Source: a virus (taxonomy: Duplodnaviria > Caudoviricetes). From it: a stretch of DNA of 64,000 nt. The stretch is taken from IMG/VR virus record IMGVR_UViG_3300028048_000059, positions 1 to 64,000 of that record; one strand, written 5' to 3'. Both the position numbers and the translations under genes were made by a program. Every line of letters begins with the position of its first letter. Within the stretch, counting starts at the first letter, position 1. Shown piece by piece: positions 1 to 8,861 of the stretch. A model generated the notes under the pieces. It was not told the origin of the DNA. It did no database searches and saw only the letters and a program-made list of their open reading frames with translations.

Positions 1-45
1 GGTTTCGGTGTCAATGACGAGGATGTAGTTAATGCGCTTGTCCAT
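1..45 (-). CDS. DEDD-family 3'-5' exonuclease, N-terminus only (runs off window)
   Basis: Reads MDKRINYILVIDTET after the conserved leader and RBS. The ExoI-type motif matches VVDTET of the 5327..6322 paralog. Confidence 0.65.
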   Translation of the reverse strand, partial: MDKRINYILVIDTET

Positions 46-185
46 GCGGTTTCCTTTCTGGTTTGTAGTGTTTTCCTTCACTTCATTGATTTAATTGTAT
101 CACAAAGGTGGAGGATAGTCAAGTTAAGATATGATTAAATTATCGCCCGGCCCAAATTTTAACTTGGATTTAACTGAAAAAAGGG

Positions 186-214
186 TTGACAAACAAGGGA
201 ATTTTTGGTATACT
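186..214 (+). promoter_or_regulatory. sigmaA/sigma70-type promoter (one example of the many in the cassette region)
   Basis: TTGACA-N17-TATACT with TG extended -10. Confidence 0.85.
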
Positions 215-263
215 ATTTCCAGAAGCCAAGGAAAAGGCTAAAACACCAGAAAGGGTTTTGATT

Positions 264-590
264 ATGGCTATGAACATGAATGAGATTCGCACCACCGCTC
301 GCCAGATGACCATTGCCGCGCTGATGGACGCGCTGACCGCCAACGATGCCGTCAAGTTTGATGATGCGTCTTTCGCTATCTTGCAGACGGTCGGAGAGCA
401 GGAAGTTTGGACGGAAGTCACCATTAAGTCCAAGTCGTGGAAGGACACCAAGACTTCTAAGGCGTTTGACCCGTATGAGGCCGCGGAAGCTTGGGAAGCG
501 GAGAAGAAGATCAAGGAAGCCGACAAGGCTGCTAAGGCTGCGGAAAAGGCTAAGAAGGTAGCCAAGGCAAAGGAGAAGGAAGGGGAGTAA
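264..590 (+). CDS. Hypothetical protein with Lys/Ala/Glu-rich tail (paralog family A)
   Basis: ATG after AGAAAGG. C-terminus KAAKAAEKAKKVAKAKEKEGE resembles 4247..4579. Confidence 0.8.
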   Translation: MAMNMNEIRTTARQMTIAALMDALTANDAVKFDDASFAILQTVGEQEVWTEVTIKSKSWKDTKTSKAFDPYEAAEAWEAEKKIKEADKAAKAAEKAKKVAKAKEKEGE

Positions 591-667
591 TCCCCTTCTT
601 TTTTTGTTTTGGGATGTTAAAATTGAGTTAAATTTTGGGCCGGCCAAATTCTTAATGGGTTTTTAAC

Positions 668-696
668 TTGACAATTGGTGGCGGCTTTGGTATAAT
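668..696 (+). promoter_or_regulatory. sigmaA-type promoter abutting a palindromic site
   Basis: TTAAC|TTGACA-N17-TATAAT. Confidence 0.9.
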
Positions 697-726
697 ATTA
701 GTGAAATCAAGGGGAGGTACAAGAGA

Positions 727-1086
727 ATGCGTGAAATGGTTATTTATGTGGCGTTTGATGGTGAAGAGTTTAACAATGCAGAGCGTTGTCGTGAGTATGA
801 ACAAGCATTTTCTAATTCACTTATGAAGATAAAAGAAGCCTACACTTTTTATAATTCGAAGGGCGACATTATTCCCATTGCCACTTACGATATGGAAACC
901 ATGCTCGAAGATTTAGAAGCTGCATATCAAGAAAGCGCGAAGATTGTTGTGCGGCACAATGTCCCGCATAGAACTCTTAAATATTTTTATGATACAACGG
1001 GAATCCCGTTGCCGGAAGATGCTGGGATATATAGATATGATTTTAAGAGATATACGTGGGAAAGCGTGTCAGAATATGATTTTTAA
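727..1086 (+). CDS. Hypothetical phage protein
   Basis: GGAGG RBS, own promoter, terminator hairpin AAAGCGTGTC/GACACGCTTT at ~1101-1124. Confidence 0.85.
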   Translation: MREMVIYVAFDGEEFNNAERCREYEQAFSNSLMKIKEAYTFYNSKGDIIPIATYDMETMLEDLEAAYQESAKIVVRHNVPHRTLKYFYDTTGIPLPEDAGIYRYDFKRYTWESVSEYDF

Positions 1087-1196
1087 TAGATATGTGTGGA
1101 AAGCGTGTCAGAATGACACGCTTTAATTTTTTGTTAAAATTTGGGCCGGCGGATAATTTAACATAGCGATAACAAAAGAAAAACCGCCATTGGCGG

Positions 1197-1358
1197 TTAA
1201 TCTACCTTGGCGGTTTTCCGTATGGCGGTAAGCTGCTCAGGAGTAAAGTTGTTATAATATTCGCGTCCTTTATCGCTCAAATAATCCCAATCAATCAGAC
1301 CTACGCTGTAAAGCGCCGCCTCGAACATTTCATAATCCATAATAAAGCGCTCGTTCAT
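1197..1358 (-). CDS. Hypothetical 53-aa protein (not in ORF track)
   Basis: AAGGAG RBS, MNERFIMDYEMFEAALYSVG..., followed by a terminator. Confidence 0.65.
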   Translation of the reverse strand: MNERFIMDYEMFEAALYSVGLIDWDYLSDKGREYYNNFTPEQLTAIRKTAKVD

Positions 1359-1373
1359 AGTTACTTTCTCCTT

Positions 1374-1601
1374 TCAACGTCCTTCTACTCTTTTGTACGC
1401 GCTGACCTGCCTGTATTCGAAGTATTCCTGTGCAGTGATTTCCTTGCCCGAAATCATAAGACGAGTGTGCTTCACCGAGGGCATACGTCGTGCCATGTCG
1501 CAAGCGTCCAACAGATTTTTTGCCTTGAAAGCAAACTTGATTTCCGTGCCGTGACCGGTTCCGCAGTGACCTCTGTGACAAGTTACCATGTAATACTTCA
1601 T
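1374..1601 (-). CDS. Hypothetical basic protein (CHRGHCG motif)
   Basis: GGGAG RBS, own promoter at ~1634-1662. Confidence 0.8.
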   Translation of the reverse strand: MKYYMVTCHRGHCGTGHGTEIKFAFKAKNLLDACDMARRMPSVKHTRLMISGKEITAQEYFEYRQVSAYKRVEGR

Positions 1602-1739
1602 TGTTTTGTACTCCCTTCCTTGTTTGTGAGATTATTATATCATGGGAATGGGATTGTGTCAAGTTAAGAGTACGTTAAGATACCGGCCGGCCCGAAATTT
1701 AACATGGAGATAACAAAAGAAAAAATCGCCTTGCGGCGA

Positions 1740-1931
1740 TTAGTCTTTGTCTTTATGATTGATACCCTTGAAGAGCGGGGGCACGCACCAATAAAGGCCG
1801 TAGAAGATGAAGAAATTGAAGGTTGGAAGATTGAACTCAGGCGCAATGGCGTTGTAAACAAGAGTGGCGACACCTGCAAGGATAGCCTTGACATAAGCGG
1901 CGGCAAACAGATCGACGAGAGCGTCCTTCAT
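1740..1931 (-). CDS. Small membrane protein
   Basis: Two hydrophobic segments, coupled to the upstream gene, terminator follows. Confidence 0.6.
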   Translation of the reverse strand: MKDALVDLFAAAYVKAILAGVATLVYNAIAPEFNLPTFNFFIFYGLYWCVPPLFKGINHKDKD

Positions 1932-1933
1932 GA

Positions 1934-2200
1934 TTATTCCAATCCCCTTTCAATAATCCATGCTTCGAAGTCTTTACATACTTGGTCCCAAAATGGCAGT
2001 TCTACTGGACGTCTATAATCAAGCGCTTCTTGTAACCATGTATATACACATGCTTTGCAAATTTCGGTGACTGACGGCAGTGGCTCGTCGTTTTCTTGTG
2101 CCTCGTCATACATTCCTTCTTTATGATAGAGATAATCTTTGAAGATATCATCAAAATTAATTTTGACAATGATAGAATATTCATTTATATTCTGCATCAT
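1934..2200 (-). CDS. Hypothetical acidic protein
   Basis: CCAGAAAGG RBS element upstream of ATG 2200. Confidence 0.7.
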   Translation of the reverse strand: MMQNINEYSIIVKINFDDIFKDYLYHKEGMYDEAQENDEPLPSVTEICKACVYTWLQEALDYRRPVELPFWDQVCKDFEAWIIERGLE

Positions 2201-2236
2201 AAATCCATGTCCTTTCTGGTGTTGGCTCCCATACAC

Positions 2237-2620
2237 TTACACCCGAAGGGTGTAAGTGCTGGCATTGCGACCGTTGAGATGACGTTCGACTTCATCCTTC
2301 ATCTCATGCAGAAGGACATACTGCACGCGCTGGGTAGGTTCACCCATGGCGTCCGCAAGTTCCTTGACGGTGATACCATTCGGCATACCATTGAACTTGG
2401 CGAAAGTGTCACGCACACGAGGAAGGAAAACTTCCATTTCCTTGGCGCGGGCAATCGCACGCTTTTCCTTGTTGGCAGAATTGCGGCGAGCCGCCTTTTC
2501 CTCGGTAACTACCTGCGACTTGGCAAGCTGGTCACGAATCTTGGCAATGGTGGTGAGGACTTCCGTGTCGGTCGTGTCGAAGTGTTCAAGGACGTAGTTC
2601 AGAGCATCAATTCGGGTCAT
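2237..2620 (-). CDS. Putative winged-helix DNA-binding protein (paralog family B)
   Basis: Coiled coil followed by TVKELADAMGEPTQRVQYVL...ASTYT. Similar to 7530..7859. Confidence 0.65.
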   Translation of the reverse strand: MTRIDALNYVLEHFDTTDTEVLTTIAKIRDQLAKSQVVTEEKAARRNSANKEKRAIARAKEMEVFLPRVRDTFAKFNGMPNGITVKELADAMGEPTQRVQYVLLHEMKDEVERHLNGRNASTYTLRV

Positions 2621-2889
2621 AGCGTTTTCCTCTCTGGTTTTTAGGACTTGTTCCTTGTCCTTTTGTGCCTTTATTATACCACCGATTTTTGTTTCTGTCA
2701 AGGGGTTTGAGTGTTAATTTTTTATTTGGCGTGAGGTGGTGAGCGCCTAATTCTCTTGCCCCTTGACGTATATAATTATATCAGAAGATGTGAGAGTTGT
2801 CAACCATTTTCTATGTAAAGTTTTGGTTAAATTGTGGGCCGGCGCATAACTTAACATAGTTATAATAAAAAAAGAACGCTTGCGCGTTC

Positions 2890-3195
2890 TTAGTAGTCCT
2901 CGCCGCCATAGGGGAACATATACGAGAGGTCATAAGATTCATCGACATAACAACCGCTGTATGGGTCGTAATTGGATTCATCGACATCATCATTAATGTC
3001 GTCTTCATCGGGATCTTCTTCTACGCTATCAATGCCTTGTTCATTGCAGAAGTCCTGAAACAGTTCACGGGTGATGGCATTGACCCAATCGGCATTGTAA
3101 TCATCGGGATTGCACCAAGTTCCAATAGCGCGGCACAGAGTGTAAGCCATGGCGGTCATGATGTCACGAGCAGAAGTTTCAGTGATGGTACGCAT
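2890..3195 (-). CDS. Hypothetical protein with strongly acidic C-terminus
   Basis: Leader and RBS present. Contains EEDPDEDDINDDVDESNYD. Confidence 0.8.
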   Translation of the reverse strand: MRTITETSARDIMTAMAYTLCRAIGTWCNPDDYNADWVNAITRELFQDFCNEQGIDSVEEDPDEDDINDDVDESNYDPYSGCYVDESYDLSYMFPYGGEDY

Positions 3196-3389
3196 GTTAG
3201 TTGCCTTTCTGGTTTGGAAGTGTTTTCCTTCACTTGTTGAGATAAGTATATCATATGGTGTATGTTTTGTCAAGTTAAGAATTTGTGACGCATAATTTCG
3301 CCGCAAGTTTATCCAACCATTATTTGCGGTTTGTCATTGTGGTATCATAATTGTGTGTTATACTATGCTTGAAAGCGAGGGGAACGAAG

Positions 3390-3518
3390 ATGAAAAAAAT
3401 CGCTGAGTTTGTGACTGTTGTTTACTTGATGGCTGGTCTGTTTTCGATTCTGTTGGGGCAGGGCGTTTGGATGGCGGTTTCGGGTGTTGCGGTTGGACTG
3501 TTGGTTATTTGCTCCTGA
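3390..3518 (+). CDS. 42-aa two-helix membrane peptide (not in ORF track)
   Basis: GAGGGG RBS, MKKIAEFVTVVYLMAGLFSILLGQGVWMAVSGVAVGLLVICS. Confidence 0.55.
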   Translation: MKKIAEFVTVVYLMAGLFSILLGQGVWMAVSGVAVGLLVICS

Positions 3519-3628
3519 TGTTAAAGCCGAGTTAAAATCTCGGCCGGCGCGATTCTTAACCATCTTTTAACTTGCATTCTGGCTGAATTGTGGTATAATA
3601 TTCGTAGATGAAGGAAGGAGAGATTCGA

Positions 3629-4159
3629 ATGGATAAGACGATGATTGATGCGGCACGCGATTTGATGAAACAGTTGCTTCCTGAAATCGCTGACATCATG
3701 GACGACATTTGCGAATTGGGACAGTTTTTTGATAAGTATAACTATGAGCATGGCACTGATTATGATGTGCAGTGCGGTAGCGCGCGGATGTGTCTTGTGT
3801 GCGATACTTTCGTCATTAAGTGGGATTATGATTTGACGAGTGTGGACGAAATTGGTGGATGTTGGGATGAGTGCGTGGCATATCAGACGATTAAAGATAG
3901 CCCGTTCGCGTATTTGTTCGCAGAAGCGGTTATGTTTAAGATTGGATGGAATGACTTTGAAGTCATGCCGCGAATTAAGAATGTTGGCTACAAGCCTACT
4001 GCCATTGCGACTTGGTTGACTAATGATGAGTTTCGTTTTGTGACTGATGTTACAAGCGATTTGCATAGTTATAACTGGGGTGTTGTGAATAACAAGCCTT
4101 GCATTATTGACTATGCACTTACGGAAGATGTGCGCGATAGGGCAAGCACCGATTGGTGA
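3629..4159 (+). CDS. Minimal protein-kinase-like fold protein (paralog family C)
   Basis: Motifs GSAR, VIK, E, DLHSYNWG, IIDYA. Own promoter at 3572-3599. Confidence 0.65.
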   Translation: MDKTMIDAARDLMKQLLPEIADIMDDICELGQFFDKYNYEHGTDYDVQCGSARMCLVCDTFVIKWDYDLTSVDEIGGCWDECVAYQTIKDSPFAYLFAEAVMFKIGWNDFEVMPRIKNVGYKPTAIATWLTNDEFRFVTDVTSDLHSYNWGVVNNKPCIIDYALTEDVRDRASTDW

Positions 4160-4246
4160 CTTGCCCTTAGTTAAATATCGGTTAAATTTTGGGCCGGCCG
4201 ATTTTTTAACTTAAATTTAACATGAGAAATAAAAAAAGAAAAGGGG

Positions 4247-4579
4247 TCACTCCCCCTTTTCCTTTTCCTTGGCCTCGCGCGCGGCCTTGTCCTTGGCGGC
4301 TTTCTCCGCACGCTTTGCGGCGGCCTCGGCCTTCTTGGCCTGCTTGCCGTTGTAGTCCGCGACCTCGGCGGCCATGAGTTCCTCGGCAGTCATATCCTCG
4401 CGCTCCTGCGCTACGATGACACCGACACGCGCGTAGCGCTTGTTTCCGTTGATGTCGGTGACGATGACGCCATACTGACGGTCATTGATTTTCTGGAATC
4501 CTTCGATGTTGGCAATGTCGAGAGTGGAGAAAACGGCGGTACGGATAGTGGAATCGACGATAGACTGAGAGTTCTTCAT
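4247..4579 (-). CDS. Hypothetical protein with Lys/Ala/Glu-rich tail (family A)
   Basis: Leader and RBS, tail KAEAAAKRAEKAAKDKAAREAKEKEKGE. Confidence 0.85.
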   Translation of the reverse strand: MKNSQSIVDSTIRTAVFSTLDIANIEGFQKINDRQYGVIVTDINGNKRYARVGVIVAQEREDMTAEELMAAEVADYNGKQAKKAEAAAKRAEKAAKDKAAREAKEKEKGE

Positions 4580-4676
4580 GTGGCGTGCCTTTCTGGTTTG
4601 TGAGGTTTTCCTTCCTCTGTTGTGTATTCATTATAGCATCTTTGTGCTGTAATGTCAAGTTAAGAGTTTGTTAAAG

Positions 4677-4803
4677 GGGAGTGGTGAGTTCTAACCATTC
4701 TTCGCTAATCCATCCAACAGGTTCCACCCTCTGCGTTTGTACGACTTATGCGCCATCACGTACTCGCCTTCGGCTCCGCTTGTGGGTTTCTGTCCCTTCA
4801 ACG
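4677..4803 (-). ncRNA. Candidate structured small RNA
   Basis: Own promoter TTGACA-N17-TAGAAT (4808-4836), no convincing ORF, nested stems ACCC/GGGU, GCG/CGC, GCC/GGC, GUACG/CGUAC. Confidence 0.45.
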
Positions 4804-4944
4804 TTTTTATTCTATCATGGAATCTTGTTTTTGTCAAGTTAAGAATGCGTTAAGATTTGGGCCGGTGGGCTTTTTAACTTGTGCTTAATAAAAAGAAAGA
4901 AGGTGTTGGCCTTCTTCTTTTATTTGATATGATTCCTTTATGAA

Positions 4945-5166
4945 TTATTCATACCAATATATATCAACATCCTCATCGGGATTTATTCCAATCTGTGTAT
5001 AGACAAAATCACCTAAATTATATCTATCAAGAATGTCCCAATCTGCGGCCGTCCTGCTATCTTCGTCTTTTTCCCATGCGGAGAAAAATGCTTTCCATTC
5101 GCCAGAATCTGGAATATTGAATTCACGAGTTTCGTAGATATGATAGCCGAGTTTGATGGTCTTCAT
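4945..5166 (-). CDS. Small acidic hypothetical protein
   Basis: Leader, RBS and own promoter. Confidence 0.8.
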   Translation of the reverse strand: MKTIKLGYHIYETREFNIPDSGEWKAFFSAWEKDEDSRTAADWDILDRYNLGDFVYTQIGINPDEDVDIYWYE

Positions 5167-5326
5167 GTTGCAGTTCCTTTCTGGTTTGAAGGGTTTCCTT
5201 CCCTTTGTTGTAATGTTATTATAGCACGGAAAGCGCTGTGTGTCAAGTTAAAAATCAGTAAAATTCTTGGCCGGCCCATTTTTTAACACAAAAATAACAT
5301 AACAAAAGAGCGCCCGAAGGCGCTCA

Positions 5327-6322
5327 TTAGTATTCGCAATTCCAACCACAGTAGGCCGCTAATTCATTAAGGCGATTCATCACGCTAACAACATATTTCG
5401 TCCTGTCCTCTTTGCTATCGATATACCGTGCCATTGCTTCATACACCGCGCGGCATTCGTCAAAATCGGGAACCTTGCGCCGCTGGCAGAAGTCGTAAGT
5501 AGTTCCCAAATCCCTAAAAGGAAAATACTTAATTCCCATGGTAATCGCGTGACGGTTTGCAATCTTGGACAAAATGAAAGTCTCAATAGTTGCGTCATCA
5601 AGCGCCGTGTGACTTTCGATAAAATCATACTTGTCGCACAAATATCTGTACGTGCTTTCCGCACTGGTCTTAAAGAATGTGCCGGAATTGGTGAACATGT
5701 CATAAGAAATACAATTCTTCTTATAGGACGCATTGTTCAACAGATGGGTAGTTGCAAGTCCCCACAAATCGAACAGAGGATAGCGCTTGCCGCGGAACAT
5801 AAAACCGTCATTATCGAATTCGTTCTTATTTTCCCGAGGCCCATTTACTATGATATTGTAGCAAAGATTGCGCTGCATTTTCTCCCACTCAAAATAATCC
5901 TTGCTATACAGTTTACGGATATACAGTTCCGTAAAGGGGATTGCTTTCTTAAAGTCGAACATAGAATTAAATGCGCCCACGCCATCAATATTTTCAATAT
6001 CGTGCAACCAAATATTCATGACTTCATTCCACGGCTTCACAGTAATTTCGCCGCGTTCAATCATATCAAGATAGATGGGACGCTTTTCTGCATAATATGC
6101 AGTATTGAACACAGACGGCACAGAGAACGTTTCCGCAATAAGAAACTGTTTCTTCTCATAGATATTACCCGCGCGGTCACAGATAGTATAGCCGAAGTCG
6201 TACACAAGAGGACGCGCGATAGCAATCTTCTTTTTGCGTTCAGAATCGCCATTTGCAAGTTCATTCGCAAAAGGCAGAGTGGCGGTTTCGGTGTCAACTA
6301 CACAGTACAGTTTCTTCTTCAT
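5327..6322 (-). CDS. DEDDh 3'-5' exonuclease (DnaQ-like)
   Basis: ExoI VVDTET, ExoII AFNSMFD, ExoIII HTALDD. Confidence 0.85.
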   Translation of the reverse strand: MKKKLYCVVDTETATLPFANELANGDSERKKKIAIARPLVYDFGYTICDRAGNIYEKKQFLIAETFSVPSVFNTAYYAEKRPIYLDMIERGEITVKPWNEVMNIWLHDIENIDGVGAFNSMFDFKKAIPFTELYIRKLYSKDYFEWEKMQRNLCYNIIVNGPRENKNEFDNDGFMFRGKRYPLFDLWGLATTHLLNNASYKKNCISYDMFTNSGTFFKTSAESTYRYLCDKYDFIESHTALDDATIETFILSKIANRHAITMGIKYFPFRDLGTTYDFCQRRKVPDFDECRAVYEAMARYIDSKEDRTKYVVSVMNRLNELAAYCGWNCEY

Positions 6323-6480
6323 TGTTTAATTCCCTTCTGGTTTGTCGAGTGTTTTCCTTCACTTGATGGATACATTATAGCACATTCCGCATCAATATGC
6401 AAGTTAAGAGTTGGTTAAATTTGCGGCCGGCCATAAATTTAACATAAAAATAACGACCATTGTTGTGGTCGTTATTTCTA

Positions 6481-6678
6481 TCAGTACACCGCGACGATTT
6501 CCACTTCATACTCTTCATTGTCATCGGTGATGAAAATGTAAGAGTAATCGTCTTCATCAATGATGGTGCGAATGCCAAAGCCAAGGTAGCCACCAACCGC
6601 GTTGCGTGCTTCTTTCAGAGTTTCGTAAGAGCCATGGACGCCATTCTCGAAGTAATCAGACCGAAGTGCGAAAGTCAT
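6481..6678 (-). CDS. Small acidic hypothetical protein (family D)
   Basis: GAGGAG RBS. SDYF...YETLKEA is shared with 6825..7037. Confidence 0.75.
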   Translation of the reverse strand: MTFALRSDYFENGVHGSYETLKEARNAVGGYLGFGIRTIIDEDDYSYIFITDDNEEYEVEIVAVY

Positions 6679-6824
6679 TTGCTTTTCTCCTCTCGTTGCT
6701 TTCTGGATATATTATAACGCTATTGGTGCGGGGTGTCAAGTTAAATGAAGGTTAAGATCTGGGCCGGCCGCTTTCTTTACGCAAATTTAACATAGAATGT
6801 AAAAGTAAAGACGCTTTCGCGCCT

Positions 6825-7037
6825 TTACCATCCTCGTCTGTCAATGTAGAAGTGGAACTCCTTTTTCAGACACGTGTCGTAGAGCGTCCACACGTCATCG
6901 GATTCCTGCCACAGCCCCGTGATTTCTGGGAACTGGTTGCAGAACTTGAAAATTCCGAGTTCTGCGTCTTCCAGAGTGTGATATACCTCAAAGAACGGAG
7001 AATCATCGAAGTAGTCAGAAGTGACGATGTACAGCAT
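6825..7037 (-). CDS. Small acidic hypothetical protein (family D)
   Basis: Leader and RBS, SDYF...YHTLEDA. Confidence 0.75.
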   Translation of the reverse strand: MLYIVTSDYFDDSPFFEVYHTLEDAELGIFKFCNQFPEITGLWQESDDVWTLYDTCLKKEFHFYIDRRGW

Positions 7038-7134
7038 GGTGTTGCCTTTCTGGTTTTAGAGCGTTCTTCCTTCGCTTGTTGGATATATTGTAACACACAA
7101 TGACATGATTGTCAAGAGTGTGGGATGTTAAAAA

Positions 7135-7398
7135 TTAGCTGTTTGCCACTGCGCACCTGGCAGCGGTAGGTTGCTATCCTAAGCGGTTATTACGTGTCTC
7201 TCTCACTCTCACGGATTTTTGTTCTAATGGGAGTTTTCTCTCCCCGCCCACTTTTCTTGTCTTGGTTGTGGTCGTTGCTGTCTACCTCACCCACCCAGCA
7301 GGATGGTTCCCCTCACGCTCACGCGGGTGACGCGGGCTTTTTTTAGGTGGGCTACCATACGCCTTGCGGCGGCCCTTTGAAGTGTTTCCCCACTTGAC
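7135..7398 (-). ncRNA. Candidate structured ncRNA (~260 nt)
   Basis: Own promoter (-35 at ~7428-7433) abutting a palindromic site. No ORF with an RBS. Multiple hairpins including CGCC-GCAA-GGCG. Confidence 0.55.
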
Positions 7399-7529
7399 GT
7401 ATATATAATATCATAGATTTGGCGATAAGTCAAGTTAAATATATGTAAAAATTTGGGCCGGCCGCATTTTTAACCTAAATTTAACATGCAATGTAAAAAA
7501 AGAAAAGCGCCCTCGGGCGCTTTCTTTTT

Positions 7530-7859
7530 TTACAGTCGCGTGTAGGTGTTGACCTTCTGGTCACGATTCGTCTTGACCTTATCGGCAAGCGCAGTGCGCA
7601 GAAGGTAGTTAAGCTTGGACTGGGAGAACCCTTCCGGCAGTTCCGCTTCGCAAGCGGCGAACAGTTCCTTGGAAGTCTGCGGCTCATCAGTCAGCGCCGC
7701 AAGCACAGTCGGGATCGCGGACTCATACAGCGCCGCGTTCGCCCGCGCCTTTTCGGTAAGCTTCGCCTGTTCCGCTTCCAGTTCAGTCAGCAGAGCGGCA
7801 GTGTCAACGTCAGCGCCATGCAGGTAGGAAATCATGGTTTCGAGAGTGGACTTCTTCAT
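7530..7859 (-). CDS. Putative winged-helix DNA-binding protein (family B)
   Basis: TSKELFAAC...SQSKLNYLL...VNTYT, leader and RBS. Confidence 0.7.
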   Translation of the reverse strand: MKKSTLETMISYLHGADVDTAALLTELEAEQAKLTEKARANAALYESAIPTVLAALTDEPQTSKELFAACEAELPEGFSQSKLNYLLRTALADKVKTNRDQKVNTYTRL

Positions 7860-7998
7860 AGGGCAAAATTCCTTTCTGGTTTTTAAGTGTTTCCCTTCAC
7901 TTGATGTATATATTATATCAGAAGTTCTGTCAGTTGTCAACTATTTTTTGTGTAAAGATTCAGTTAAATTCGCGGCCGGCCGGGTTTTTAACCCGGTC

Positions 7999-8235
7999 TT
8001 AATAGTCCTCGTCGATAGTAGTGCGCTCAATGCACCATATACCATTATCGGCATAGAACGTGTACATTCCAATCTCTGGCTCGATGTTACTGTCTTTGAT
8101 ATGACAGTTGTCATCTACAAGCATACGGCACATTACTGCCGTGGCTTTCTCCATAGAGGAAAATGCGCCAATGATTTGATAACAAAAATCATTCTGTCCC
8201 GTGCCATCGCCCATGCTCAAAATGTAAATGGTCAT
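7999..8235 (-). CDS. Small hypothetical protein
   Basis: AAGGAG RBS, own promoter. Confidence 0.75.
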   Translation of the reverse strand: MTIYILSMGDGTGQNDFCYQIIGAFSSMEKATAVMCRMLVDDNCHIKDSNIEPEIGMYTFYADNGIWCIERTTIDEDY

Positions 8236-8342
8236 ATTGAATATCTCCTTTCCTTTGTTCAAGAACATTATACCATAGAGAATGTTTGTTGTCAAGTTAA
8301 GAATGGGTAAAGTTTTGGGCCGGCCAACTTCTTTACAAGAAA

Positions 8343-8552
8343 TTAACCATATTCATCGAAATCAGATTCAAATGCCTCTTCAAAATCGTCCCATGTCTCA
8401 TAATGGAAATTGAAATCATCGCATTCTTCAATAGGATTTGAAATGCAACAATTTCCCCATTTGTTGATATAAGGACAATCAAATGCCTGTACGGGGCAAC
8501 GAATCGGGTGTCCGTTGTGGAACCCATTGGTTTCTTCAATTCGTTCAATCAT
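8343..8552 (-). CDS. Small Cys-rich acidic protein
   Basis: GGAGG RBS, CP..DCPY...CC...EC. Confidence 0.7.
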   Translation of the reverse strand: MIERIEETNGFHNGHPIRCPVQAFDCPYINKWGNCCISNPIEECDDFNFHYETWDDFEEAFESDFDEYG

Positions 8553-8694
8553 AATCAAATGCCCTCCCTTTGTGCTTTGTACGTGGATTCTTCTTCTTGT
8601 TCGGAATAATCTTCGTCGTAGGATTAATGGTGCCCCAATCGCCGCGCATCTTCTTGATGGTTTCATAAGTGGTGTTCTGGGGTTTGTTAGCCAT
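8545..8694 (-). CDS. 49-aa basic protein
   Basis: AAGGAGG RBS, own promoter. Confidence 0.7.
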   Translation of the reverse strand: MANKPQNTTYETIKKMRGDWGTINPTTKIIPNKKKNPRTKHKGRAFDYD

Positions 8695-8861
8695 GGTCTG
8701 CACCTCCTTGCTTTGTGTATATATTATATCAAACAATATGTGAGAAGTCAAGTTAAATATGGGTTAAAATGTGGGCCGGCCCTAATTTTAACATATGTTT
8801 AACTTGCAAATGAAATGCCAATGTAGTATAATAGTGGTGAAAGAAAGGAAGGGGTAACATT

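Noticed and set aside
4677-7398. tRNA, tmRNA or hammerhead identity for the RNA candidates
   Set aside because: No cloverleaf, T-loop or CUGAUGA/GAAA core was recognised.
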